Positions 47,306-61,134 of a DNA stretch of 64,000 bases are shown one piece after another. The DNA is from Lytechinus pictus (lineage: Eukaryota), in NCBI RefSeq assembly GCF_037042905.1, contig NC_087257.1:18476001-18540000 (forward strand). Direction: 5' to 3'. Within the stretch, counting starts at the first letter, position 1. Every line of letters starts with the position of its first letter. Below the pieces are notes generated by a model. The model searched no databases, was not told the origin of the DNA, and saw only the letters and a program-made list of their open reading frames with translations. The position numbers were made by a program, and so were the translations under genes.

Positions 47306-50066
47306 ACTTAGACCAAAAGCTTCAGTCTCTGTATTTTGATTGTTCCGCTGAACTACGTTGGCTCCACTCACCATACATAGACTGAAGGGGATGGGGCCCC
47401 GTACCTACAGCCAACGTATAGTGAACTAGCGTTTTATAGATCGCAATTTAAAACTGTTTTTTAAGCAAAATTTAAAGTTTCATGGTTTCCATTATCAGGG
47501 AAATATAAATAACTTAAGTAATTGCATACCTTGGGCCGGAGTTATTGAAAAAATCCTCTGGATGATTGAGAAATCTGTCATCTAAGACATTTTCACCTGA
47601 CCTGACGGTTTTTCTTGCAAGTTGCCATCTTGAATGATGTCATTATCGTTATTAACTTAATGTCTCGAATCGATATATCGCGATTATAACTAGTACTAGT
47701 ACTAGTATAACTAGTATCGTTTATCTTCGGTTTCGTTCGCTTATGGAGCAGATCGTATAATATCGAAAGCAATATCGATATCACATTCGTGATTGTTGAC
47801 GTTCGTTTGTAAATATTTTATAGTTTGGCTGCCATTTTGACCATTTTTATCGTGTTCAACCCAATTAAACATCGGTAAAGTATATTTTTCATGCCTTTTT
47901 CATCTATATCGTTTAAAGTATTTAAATGTTGTAATATCATGAATTAAAAGTTTGTTGTTTATACATCTTTAGATTGTAAATTCGATGTGTAAAATTACAT
48001 CAAACTTTGGACTGTGAATTGACAAAAGGGAGGGAATGAGAACACATGCGAGCCCACACGTACACCCTACCGTCGGTAAATGGGGATTACAGTAAAATGT
48101 CAGAAATTGTTGAATAAATCCCCAGAAACGACGGTTATTCCTGTCTACCCCCCACTGCATGCACTGGGACGTCATTAGTAAATGATTTTTACTCTCTAGG
48201 AGCCTCCTGGCTACGCACACCAACCCCTGGCCATGCACCGACGCAGTCAAGGCATAATTTAGTTACTAGTTAGGAGTATATGGCCCGTTTTAGGACATGT
48301 TTTACTTTTAGTTTTACATTGTGAAAAATAATTGTCCGTGGATCCGAGTCACCGGGGGCGGGGACTTGGATCACGATAATGCCAAATTCATGTACTGACA
48401 TACAAATTCACTCTCGGTGTTACATCACATCACTCACTCATTCAACTCAGTGAAACAATCGAAAATGCCAAGCTCGGAAACAGAGCTCTGACCTCTGTCC
48501 AGCTCCAACTTAAGTTGAAGGCAGGGGCGCCATCGCGATCGCGTGCCGACCCGCACTGTCCCCGTCGCGATGGGGCACAGCTGGCAGGGAGGCCCGGTGG
48601 ATAACAGTGCAGTCTTAAGATTTTTGTTAGCACTACATTGACTGAACCATAAAACATTACTCACCGGAATTATGTCCTCATGATGAAGGTCTATTTCTTG
48701 ATGAAGAAACGTACTTGGAACGATAAAAGCTTGTGGATAAATTGAAATGAAAACTTGATAAGAGGATACTTCTCCAACTCTCAACACTTTGTCTTCGGCG
48801 TTATCAAATCGTCGATTTTTAATACACGAAAAAGTCGTGTGGACGCAATTCTTCTGCACTAAAATTCGGCCCGACTAGTTCGCTCTCATATGGTTGCTCA
48901 CTAGTACAGACTTCCTCATTATGTTTCGTCCATAAAATATGATTTGATTGAAAAATTTTGGCAAGCCCCCATTTGGATAACAAAGGTAGACAAGGGATTA
49001 CATAGCTCGATTATGCTCGAAGAAGATGTACGTAACATAATAAAGTAAATCCCATTTCACCCCCTCAAAAAAAAAAAAAAGTTTAATTTTAGATCTCTTT
49101 TTTTTTTTCTTATGAGGGGCACTTGCCCCCTAAACAACAACGGGTGGGGGGGGGGGGGGCAACGGCGGCGCATGTAAATCATCGAACACCCACTCCCTAA
49201 CCAATAATGACTTATAAATTGTTTGATTATTCAAGTTTTGTATTTACATTGTACGATTTGTGTCTTTTACGCGGAAGATTAACTTAGGATAATAAAAAAT
49301 AAGAAAATGGATTACAAGGTGAACCCCAAAAAATCCCCTTTTTTAATTTTGAAAACAGGAAATCACGTATCCACGAAACTTTTTACACCTAGCCCCTATT
49401 CTGTTTAACATGTTTAAAGTCATATTTCACTTCTTCCACATTTTCTATATGTGAAAATAATGAATAACATGAAATCATTAACATAGCTGCATCAAAATCT
49501 ATACATAAACAATTTAAATTGATTATTCCACAAGTAGACTTAAAATCAATCTGTACATATTTATTTAACAATTTATAATCACGAATTGAATAGTAATGCA
49601 ATAAAATATTTTACATGTTCTAGATTCTCTCTGAATGTAATTATAAAACACTGACATACTCATAATCTATAGAAAATCTCAAGTTAGACTAGATTCCCCC
49701 TTTACAATACCATTACATCAAAAAAGAAACACACAAAGAAAACACACACTCATCCACACTTCACCCTCCCCCGTCTCCCTAAAACAATGCATAAGAAGGA
49801 AAAGAAGGAGAGAGAAAGAAAAAACAAACAAACAAAAAACACACACACACACAACCAAAGAAGCAACAACAACGCGACATTTTGACGCGAAATCTTTAAA
49901 GATCCGATTTATAAGTAATTACCTTTTATCGATTAGCCAAACCAATTTTGGAGTAAAAAAAAGTGTCACAAAATTGTGTGATTTTGTTAAATTATATCTT
50001 ATTTGCATGAATCGGTATATGTTTGATTGTTAAGGACCAACTACTAGAACAACTTTTTACTCTAAA

Positions 50067-50542
50067 CACTAGCGTACCTACGGGGGGGGGGGGCAGAGGG
50101 GGCAGTCTGCCCCCCTGACGAGCCACAACCCATGCAAAGGACGTATCACCGCCCCCCTGACGAGCTTGAAAGACCTTTTTTGCCCCCCCTGACGAACTTG
50201 AAGACCTTTATTGGCCCCCCTAACGAGCTTGAAGACCTTCTTTTTTTTTTTTTTTTGCTTGTCAAATTTTTTTCTGGTACGAAATCCTTCATTTGGGATT
50301 GAAGACCTTTTTTTTTTTTTTTTTTTTTTGCTTGTCAAATTTTTTTTTCTGGTACGAAATCCTTCATTTGTGATTGAAGACCTTTTTCTTTTTTTTTTTT
50401 TTTTTTTTTTTGCTCGTCAATTTTTTTTTTTCATTTGTGATTGAAGACCTTTTTTTTTTTTTTTTTTTTTTTTTGGCTTGGCTTGTCAAATTTTTTGGCG
50501 GACGGTTTTGCCCCCCTGTGAAAAATCCTAGGTACGCCACTG
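50067..50542. mobile_element. hAT-type non-autonomous element with perfect 8-bp TSD and internal tandem repeats
   Basis: TSD ACTCTAAA at 50059-50066 and 50543-50550. Termini CACTAGCGTACCTA / TAGGTACGCCACTG. Internal CCCCCCTGACGAGC and GAAGACC(T)nGCTTGTCAAAT repeats. Confidence 0.85.
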
Positions 50543-50621
50543 ACTCTAAAGTTCTTGGAACACATGAAGGGGCGCCAGGACTTTCTGGGGGGGGGGGGCT
50601 AAATTGAACGTAATATCTTTC

Positions 50622-50933
50622 TAATAATAATAATAATAATATACAGTTCTTGTATAGCGCATATCACATTATGAATAATGTCTCAATGCGCTTCCAAAGG
50701 ACTTGGGTATTATTACCCCAGCTGTAGCTTGGCAGCCGTAATTACTAAGATTACAGCGCACACGCATTTCAAGGAATAAATTCCTGCCATGTACCCATTC
50801 ACCTCACCTGGGTTGAGTGCAGGACAATGTGGATGAATTTCTTGCTGAAGGAAATTACGCCATGGCTGGGATTCGAACCCACGACCATCTGTTTCAAAGT
50901 CAGAAGACCAACCCACTGGGCCACGACGCTCCA
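50622..50933 (-). mobile_element. tRNA-derived SINE with L2-type tail
   Basis: Minus strand GGAGCGTCGTGGCCCAGTGG..GGTTCGAATCCCAGCCA...(TAT)n. Possible TSD CTTTCT. Confidence 0.85.
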
Positions 50934-53900
50934 CTTTCTTAAGTGGTACAACTCAGTTTTCTCATCTTATATTTTATATTCATTCTTCCTTCCCTTTTTC
51001 TCTCTTTCTAAAATGTACATTACAAATATTCGATCTCCCGACATGCTCATAACTACATTCATATCATATTTTATCTGATGGGCTTTATTCAGTTACCTGA
51101 GGAAATGAAATCCCAAATTATTATGAATAGGGGCCTGCACATTATCCTTCAAAGGATTGTAGCTATAATTATTTAACGATGGATTTAGGAGAAAATGATT
51201 AAACTCACATAAAAACCGCAATTAGCGGAAACCAAGTCGTATCAATATTTTCAAGGGTAGAAGAATGCTTTTCCCCCAGTCGCCGTCGCCATGCCCCTAT
51301 GGGCTGAAATATTTAATTCGAATTCTGATCAATCATCCAAACGAAGGCGGAAGGAAAGACTGGGGGGAGAAATAAGCAATTCCCCTATCTCATTATAACT
51401 GGCCGATTTATTCGAGGCACAACCTTTAATTACATCAAGATAAGATTTCGTCTCCCGAACTTTTTGTACTTATAATTTGATTTATAGCATCCAATAGCAT
51501 AGCAAGATTAATAAGGGGAGTGGGGGTGCACCGATGGGCCACGCCCAAATTTGGGTGCTTTCAGTAAATGACTTTGCCAAAGTAATTTACAATGAAATTC
51601 AGGGGGTGTGCTGTAGGGAGGAGTGGCCGGCGACCTTTCATGATATTACCTGTGATAATAAAAAGAAGAAGAGATAATGAAACGAAAACTATTATTTTAC
51701 ATCCTTTTAATGGAACTTAAAATTTGCGTTTAACTTGCTCTCTTTTATGTTTTTACTTTTCAGCGACATGTGACTTATGTCGTCTCGTTAAAAAAAGCAT
51801 TGAGAACAAATAATCAGTCTCTATTAAAGGAAGCTATGCGTTAAAATACATAAAACTATATTGAATTGTAAATTAATAAGATAAGATGAATTATTGGAAT
51901 TGTAATGAGTCCCAGCAACAAAAAAATATGAATAATAAAATCCCCCCCCTGCAAAATCACTTTCTGCATGACATTCAACGTACTTGCAAAAAAAAACCTT
52001 TCGATCATTTTCTGATAATGTACCTATTATATGTATTTTTTACGTTGGTATTGTATATCATCATGATCATTTATGAAATCAATAGACCAAGAAGTTGGTA
52101 TGGAATTATAAATGAAAATAGTTTTAAGACAACTCTTGTGAGCTTTGATACCGCATACAACGCGTATTAGAAAGCTATTATTTCATTATCATCTTCTTCT
52201 TTTCTTATCTTTTTCGTTTTATAAGCACATCAGAGGAGCGGCCCGGTAGTCAATAGCCAATCTGGAACGGGTTTATCGCTGCGATATGATTTTAAATCTT
52301 TTTTTATACCATTCATTAAAAAAAAAACCAATAACCTTTCCCCCTGCAGCTGGTTTGTCGTTTAGTTGCAGCATCTCCCTATATAAGCCATATAATTACT
52401 AGTATTCAACAACGCTAATTATGATCCGTATACAATGAACTATATATAAAGTCTGTTCCTGGATAGGCCTCCTCAATTGAACCCATTGCAAGTCATGGGC
52501 ATGATGGGTGCGACCTTGTCAATATATTTGGCAACATGTCTGGATTATAAACAGATAAATATAAACCTAAATCTTGGCCCAAGACACATGCTGGTTTAAA
52601 GAAGACACTGACATATAGCAATGTATAGGCAGTTCATGGAAAGAAGAAGGGTGCAATGAATTCGGGAAAGTACTCTAGTCAATCGAGATCAATGCACTAT
52701 ATTATGCAACTATCGGTCAATATAAACATTAACAACCAATTAGAAACGCTGTATGAAGTGTGCAATAATGGTATATCTTTATGTTACCGGGACTTCAATA
52801 AAAAATACTTATGAACATGTTTCATTTCAGTTGTGGAATAAATCATAAGTATACAAGGCCCAAGCAGGTTACTGTCCAACTAAAATCTATAAGTTTAGTA
52901 GTTGGTCCACTTTGAATCTTCAATGTTTAATATGTATTTTCAAAGGAATACGTTTGCCCGACGTAGCATCATCGAAATCTAAACTCTATTGGAGAGTTCA
53001 TACCTCCTGTATGCGATAGAAGGTACGAGAGACGAGAGGGGTGGAGGGAAAAGCGTCTGCCGTATTGTTTCAAATTTTATCCACGTCAATATATATTACT
53101 GAACACTTTATTGTTCTTCCGTGGACCCGTGGATGCAACTGTATTATTTTCGTGACGTCACACGATGAATATCCACGGAGTGTATATGGTGTATGTCTGA
53201 GATAGCAATCAAGAATGCTACTGATGATCCGTGCATGCTGGTTTTATTGTTAAATCAAAGATCAGAGGTCCCGCTTTTGCGTTTCATATTGTATCATTTA
53301 TTTTAGGTGAGTTATGCAATTTTAATTTATTTGATTACTATTTTTTCTTGCAACATTGTTTTCGACTCTGGGATCAGTTCCATTATGTCTAGATAAACAA
53401 ATTAGGTGACTTTTCCATCCAAGAGAAACACTTTACGAAATCCTTGATTTTGATTGGCTGCTGATGAGCATTGTTGCTGCAGTATCAACCGGATGATGGA
53501 GATATCATACCATTTTTTATAGTATGCAGTAATTTTTAGGGGAGCGGGACATAAAAACGTACGACGTAATTTCCAACCTGTTTTTGCTGAGATTTTTATC
53601 AATGGTGCCCTCAATCGTCCAATGATGCCGTTGTTCTGGGGGGGGGGGGGGGTAAACACAAGAATAATGAATTTCAAATAGTGTAATCGTGATACACATA
53701 TATAAATAACTTTGACCGACTTTTCTATTAGAATAGAATTCAAACTTATATAGCCTAATAGATATCTAAATTTTAGATTCAACCAAGAAGATTCTATGAC
53801 TGGAGTTCCAACAGGCAACAAATTTATTCAAGCAGCTGTTCATTTCTAAAGAAGCACAAAAGAAAGAACGGCAATAAAGACCTTTTTGATGTCCGCCTTC

Positions 53901-55939
53901 GAAGCCACCAGTTTCAATGAAGAAATCCGAGGGGTGAAATTTTACGAATATTCATTTGTATCAATTTTTCATGTTTCATATTAATAAACAAACTGAAGTT
54001 TGAATGCATGACAAAACATCAATAACCAAGCACTATACGACGAGATATTTGCCCATATTATATCAATTAACCTTTAATTAGTGAAAAAAGAAAGAATTTG
54101 ACCTTTACTGAAACCAGATTTTAACACTTTTCCGATCGTTTGCGGCGAATGAAAATTTCAAATGTGGTCGGTGGAATATTGTTATTCATTACTGTATATG
54201 CCAGATGAGTGCCCGCACATGCCCAGTCGAGCAAATTTGAGTCATATTTCAGGACATATTGCATAGTTTATTTTCGCATGCCTCCGAATTATGTACTACA
54301 CATATAACCAGACCAAGATGCGGCGAAAAGTAATTATCATCACAAAAGCATATTTCCCTTTATGTATGACCTATAGCTGCGGAGTCATGCGGGAATAATT
54401 TGTCTACACAATTGCAAGAGATGTTGAGCAAAGTGCATGCCGGACATACTCTCTGCTGGCGGTTCTTAACCTTTTTCAAAGAGATTTTATTTGCTGTTAC
54501 TCCATCTCATTTGAAACCTCCTTGATTTAACCAACAAATGTGGAAATGTAATCTTTCTCATTGTTTTAACCGTTTTAAAAGATCCCACGCAGACGGTATT
54601 TCAGAGAACATTTTTGTCAGTTACGCACGATCCTGACAACATAAATTGAAAAATTAATAAGATTATCAATGAGTTTAATTTCCATTCCGCTAAAGTTGAA
54701 ATTTGTTTTTTGTGGATTAAAATTCTCGTTTTTAATAAACATCTGAATGAAACATGCAAAAAGTTGATAAGGGTTAATACATTCACATCATGTTGAGACA
54801 GGGGGAAATAGGGGACCCATGTAAAAGGGGCATCAGTTGTGAGTCGTATATAACTTACGAGTAACCTTATCATGTTTAATATTTATGAAAACCCCATCAG
54901 TTCAAAAGTAGGAACAAAACAAAACAGGACACTCGTTGTTTTTATTTTGGTTCATTTAAACACCTGGCAGGAAATAATAAAACATCAATGATATGAATGC
55001 TAATTAGATTTCCCTCTTTCAAAGCCCATGCATGCAGCTGTCTAGTCACAGCGATCATTACTCCTTCAACCCGAATATATACCAAGGTAGTCTGCTGTGC
55101 AGTTAAGGGTCTGAATGCGCAGCCTACTAATGCCTTGTGTACTGAAGGCCCTCTCGCTCAGGGTTTAGTTGGGAATGAATTGAATTGAAAATGCAAGTTT
55201 GATATGTGCTAGTCTTTGCACGGAGACCCATTTGTTGATCAAAGTTTCAATCAGGGTCTGTGTCTGCAGACTATACTGTACAGGTCACCCGTGGTCCCGC
55301 TTAGGTGCAGACAGCATACCTGGCCGGGGGGGGGGGGGGGATGAGATAATTATATGCATGTATTAAAGCAATCATTATTAAAAGACAATGGACAGATGGA
55401 CGAAGATATAGGAGATGCGCCCGCTCGTATGGATTTTCAAAATAGCGAAAATGGGAGGAGATTCCCGAGAGAATTAGCGGGTGGGGGGGGGGGGGGGCTC
55501 TCCCATATCATCCAATTGGGAGAGGGTTACAAGAAGGTGTGCATTGAAATGTTGGGCAAGCACAGTTACGAAACTTGTCACCCCTTTTGTAACCCAATAA
55601 AAGCGAATTTGCCAAACTCAAGAGAAAGGGATCTGAATTCATATGGTCAACTAGGGGGCGAACCACCTTGAACCGCCATTTTAACCGAAGACGTGTGATC
55701 ATCACTTTAACAGCTTTCAGAGTTTCAGTAAATTTTGTACGCGCATGGCGGGATGAATTGCTACAAAAGATAATAGGCACGAATTCCATTCTTTGCATGT
55801 TTTGCAGGTAATCCTCTTTGTTGAACTTGCTCGCGGCGCCTCAGCTGAGTGATTTCTTTGTCACCGTACATGGTCATTTTGAAATAACCGGGTGCTTCTG
55901 CCCCGTCACACCGTAGAAAACGAGTACACATCGACAACA

Positions 55940-56230
55940 TAATTTCCAAAGACAGACTATTGGCCGATTGTAGTTAGTTTGGCTGGTGTGACTGTCGTGA
56001 CTGTATGTAGCACAAGCACCGAATTGGTACACGTGCTTGAAGAGGGAATGTTTCTTTTGAAACCTTTTCACGATTGAATCTGAGGAATCAGTTACAATCT
56101 TAAAAAAAAATGGAATCTGTAGGTCTACCTGTTGTCTTCCAGATTTGCGCTGATGTCTGCCGGCAGCGATATAACATCTTGCGATGTGTTCATTCATGCA
56201 GGTAAATTCAAATAATATTTTCCTCATCCA
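55940..56230 (-). mobile_element. Possible highly decayed L2/CR1 ORF2 C-terminal fragment
   Basis: LQIPFFFKIVTDSS...HSLFKHVYQF...SHDSHTSQTNY...CLWKL loosely parallels LQKK..RI.T.S...LF.....H.H.TR...WN in the intact element at 20865-23858. Confidence 0.3.
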
Positions 56231-59200
56231 AATCTCATATTCATATGCCTTCTTTTAATTTAGTCATCAGACATTTCCCCTCACCTATTTAGATTGAAAA
56301 AAAAAAGTATTTCATTGACTAGCACCGAATTGTGCATATCGATGTGATACTTGAAATTAGATGGCGGCGGATTTCGTTATGTATTGTATTGGCAAGGAGA
56401 ATCATCCACGATTGCAATTATGTTCTTTCAGACGGGAAAAGGGAATAATAATCATGATGGGGGGGGGGCATTGATCTGCGTGGAAGGAAAATCTGTATCT
56501 TCAGCGATGGAGAAGCTAGGAGATGGAAGGGAAAAAAGATAGAGATAAAGAGATGTAGAAAGTAAGGAAAGGGGGCCCGGAGGAGCACTCATTCAATGAT
56601 GAACAAGGTTATGATGTAACATGTGTAACATTGCTCTCTGTTGTAAGGTTGGCAATGTTGGGCTTATTTTCTCTGGTTCTTGGGGACAAATGCCTGATTT
56701 TTTTAAACTGTCAGTTTCCATTACAACTATTCATCACAATATAACTTGGCTCTTAAGTGAATTGAATTCTTTTAATCATTTTTTTTTTTTCAAAATTAAA
56801 AATAGAGATTGATGAAAAATAATTTTTTTGAAATGTTACTTTCAAAATTCAAGTTTTTGAGAGCTCTGGTGAATACAAAAATGATCCTTAAGATCCTAAT
56901 GAAAAATGAATTGCAACTGTATGGAAATTAGTATTTTTGGCTACAAAAGTGGTGTTTTAATGATTATTTTAAAAACGTGTGTTGTATACTGCACAGATCT
57001 ATACATGTGTAGATTCCCCCACAGGCAGGGTGGTGGCAGTGAACAAGTGGGGGGGGGGGGTGAGAAATAGATAAGGTTAGAAGAGAGAAAGATGTGAGAT
57101 AAAGAAAGAGAGAGAGGGAGAGGGGGAGAGAGGGGGAGACGGAGATGGGGGCGGTAGACAGAGGAGAGAAAGTGAAAGAGAATGGATTGTTAGTACGGTT
57201 AGAAAAGAGAGAGAGAGAGCCAGAATAAATGAGGGAATGAGGGAATGATGGGCAAAAGACCCAATTATTCATTCCACTAAACGGGAGCAACTAAACATGA
57301 CACCATTTTTCATAGAGTACATCCTCCGGTCCTGAAATACAATCGCGAGGCCCTCACCGACAACTTACGTGGAAGGTCTAAAAGGGTTTAAGGGATCATC
57401 ACCCCTCCAAAAATGAGATTTTGGGAAAGGAAATAAAAAAGACGTTGCGCTGGGGTCAATAATAATTCATGTTAATTCATCTCGCACATAATACAGATTC
57501 TATATCATAGAATAGGCCAAGCAAATCACACATAATTCATGTAAGATATATGTCACAGAATTGCTCCCCCCTCACTGGAAATAAAACTTGGGGTCTATCT
57601 AAACAAATGGCACCACTTGTGTTTTTGTGGCGAGTTTGAGTTCATTTCTCTGCATGTTCATGATTGTAAGTAGAAGAACGAATTGCTCGAAACAAAAAGA
57701 CGTATGCCTTCACAATTTGAATTCATTAGAGACGTTGAAAAGCGATTTTTGAAAAATTGTTATCAAACCTTACCCGACACCTTTCAAAAGCATAATTATT
57801 TCTTTGCCCCGGGTCTTTGCCTTGCGTGCTTGCCCTACGAAATAACAGGGACCGGGCCGGGGCAACCACTGAAAACTTTCGCTTATTCTCACGGAAATGA
57901 ATAACCATCGGCATGATTTGTTATCATATCGAGGTTTTATTTTGTAATCATGCAGTTTTTCAGGTTTTCCATTATTCTACTTTTGCCTTTTTTGAGGCCC
58001 ATGGAAGTGATGCCAGGGTATTCGCCTATGCGAGACCCCATTGCCAATCGTCAGTGATATGCGTTTCTTTCAAGTTTCTTTTTTTTTTTTTTAATTATTT
58101 TATTATGTACGACAATATTCATGGTTCGAAAAATTTGAAAATATGAGAATTTCTCCCTTCTCTAGGGGAGGCATCAATATTTTTTTTTGTATTTTGGGTG
58201 TGGGGGGAGCGACAATGTAATGGTTATTTAATTTGTTTCTCTGTTAAACAATTTGTTGTAAATAACCTTATTTCTCCTTTCTTCCATTTCCCCTGCCGTC
58301 CACACCCCTTGTTGCCTTTCCTTTCCCAAGTCACATTCGGAGAGTTTTTCAAGACTAATGGGTTCGAACGAAACCTTATATAGTTACACCCTGGCTCCCA
58401 CGCGACCGTGATGAAACAAAAACAGCACTAAGTACCAAAGTAAAAAAAAGGGGGAGAGAAGGTCTATTTACAAAAGTGCGCAATACTGATAATAAGTTGA
58501 GATAACTTTCATCTGCTGCCCACTTCCATGTAGTGACTAGGGAGAAGTAGAAGGCAAAACAAAGACACACAAACAATAATAAGAAACAAAAATGAGGAGG
58601 GGATACAGCAACGTCGAGGAATAGATGTAAATTTAGTCATTTTTAATAAAAAATAAATTAATCTTGTGTACGTTGATATTCTCCCCAATTACGAACAATA
58701 ATAGTTCAGGATTAAAACGATAAGACGTATACAGTCGTTTTTTATTATTCTCATTTTTGCAGGGTCTTTATTTACATTAACCACAATTTCTTCTTCTTTT
58801 CACGTGGGCTTGAGCTCTCAGGACCCAACTCCACTTCTGTCCCCCGTAGCCATAATCTTGATTACCATCAGTGATAACCTCATTTTCTTCTTAAGTTTAC
58901 CCTAGAATTTTCCTAATTTCTATAGTCATTCTTTTGCTTTAAACTGTATAGAACAATACAAACTTTCTCTTTGAAACATATAGGCCTTCATTCCAATACT
59001 TTTATTTTTCAGAGTAGAATATTTAACATAAGACACGATATAAACAGGTATCAAACAAATGAATAGGATAATAAACGGGTCATTTTCATTTCATTGCCCA
59101 GAACATTAATGACTTCTATGGAAAACAAAACCTCAACTTGTCTCGTTGCGGTCGCGATTATAGCATAATTTCTAGAATTATATTTAAATGAGAAACCGCT

Positions 59201-60749
59201 GGTATTTCAATAGCTTCCCTGGTAAAACAAACAGTGCTTGTGTAATTAATCATTCTTCGACTGAAACAGAGCATGACTTTATTCCCGGTTTTCACTGAAG
59301 TTCAATCTAGCCGTTCTAGTCTAATTTGTATCAGGGGTACATTCCAAATTATGTAGCCCTATATACTTTCCCTCGTATTGTCCAACACGATACGAAGTAC
59401 AAAGTTCAACTGCCATTGTCTACAGCGGTTTTTCTTTTTTTTCTGCAGTTTGTTGCCGGTCGTGTTTTAGCATCATTTGGACCCAAAGAATGAAACGAAC
59501 TTGTTCTTATACCATTTCCTGCTAAGACATTTGGAGGGGAATTTTTCGTGAATTTCGGCGTGCAAGTGAATCTCCTATACGATATGTGAGAAAATAGAGA
59601 AGTCTGATACACACTGGAAAGTCCTTTATATTATGATGAACTGAGTTTCTTTGCCATTCATCTCCGGTGAGTTCATTCTTACACTATTTTATAAATATTA
59701 TAAATGTTCACTCTATAGGCAACTACTTTATTCTGTCATGAAATTAAACATGTTTTGTTTTGTCATTTATCGTAGAACTTTAGTGCATTTTCCATCGAAA
59801 ATATTTGTCATCATAAAAAATAATTTGCCCGCTAGCTTCGCCCCCCCCATCATACGGATAGGATTGAAGAAAAAGTAAGAATTAAATAAAATAAAAATAA
59901 ATCGTAAGCGATGTTGCAAAATACAAAAATGGCCTAAATAATATGCAGAAAAAACATAAATGATTTATTCATTTTTACTATGTTTATTATGAAATACCAG
60001 AGCATATTTGCCTCTTTCCTTGATTTTGATTGGCTGAGAAGCACTGTTGCTATGGTAGCTGTCGGATGAAACAGGACTTACATGTATCTATCGGATTAAA
60101 CGTCCGACAAGTCCTTTCATAAAATGCTCCCCATAAACTCCTGCATATACATTATAAATACCGTATTTTCATTTCATCGACTAGAGATTGAAATTCATTA
60201 AAACACATCGGTAAATACATGTACAGAGATCCCGTTGTCAGTGCCCCCCCCCCCCCCTTGTATGGTCGATACTACACCTTTGATCACTATAATACTTTTC
60301 CACTTGGTCGCTTTGTTGCCTCGCCGGAGATTTTCGGTATCAATCATTTCACTCATTGTTAAAGATTTAAAAAAAAGATTAACATTACTGAGTGCTACAA
60401 ACTGAAATTCAACTAGCGTCTATACACAATGATTAATACGATAAATAAATATTTGTAATGTTCTTCACATTAATAACGGATGAGCTATTTTTAACTTTTG
60501 ACAACTTTCTGACTTTGGGAAAATCTTGAGCGCCTAGGATTGAAATGAACGACAATTTCTTTATGCTCGTTGTGTAATTGAGTAAACACTTTGTAATTTC
60601 TGTCTTGATTCTGACATTATGTTTTTATTTTACCAATAAAGATAGTATAATAATTCAATAGAACACTATAAAATTTTAATATATTTCCAATAAACATTTG
60701 GCCTAACATTGAGAAGGGAAAATAATTTTCACACATAGTGCATATTACC

Positions 60750-61134
60750 AACTGTTTATTTCCAATTCGTCTAATGGCAATTCGTCCAATTGCCAACTCG
60801 TATACTATCATTTGGTCTACCATCAGTTGGTCCACTATCCACATGACCTAATTGCCAATTCGTCCACTCACCATTTCGTCTAATAACCAGTTGGCACAAT
60901 AGCCATTTAGTCCATATACCATTTGATCTAATAGTAAGTGTTAATTGAGCAAAATGAATAATGAAATGGATATTAGACCAACTGGTTATGAGAAGAAATG
61001 GTCATAGACGAAATGGTGATTAGACGAAGTGATGATTGGACCAAATGTTCATGGACGGAATGGCATTAGACTAAATGAAAGTAGACCATGTGGTGAGTGG
61101 ACGAGTTGGCAGTAGTCGAAATGGCAATTTACCA
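60750..61134. mobile_element. MITE-like element built from short internal repeats with inverted arms
   Basis: Left-arm repeats TTCGTCTAAT/TTGGTCTAC/TTGCCAA mirror right-arm ATTAGACGAA/GTAGACCA/TTGGCA. Confidence 0.65.

Noticed and set aside
48434-48859. 141-aa minus-strand ORF
   Set aside because: GTG start and no recognisable domain; kept only as part of the unexplained CpG-rich block.
52450-52680. Possible Tc1 transposase remnant (PQLNPL resembling PDLNPI)
   Set aside because: Similarity is too short and frame-broken to support.
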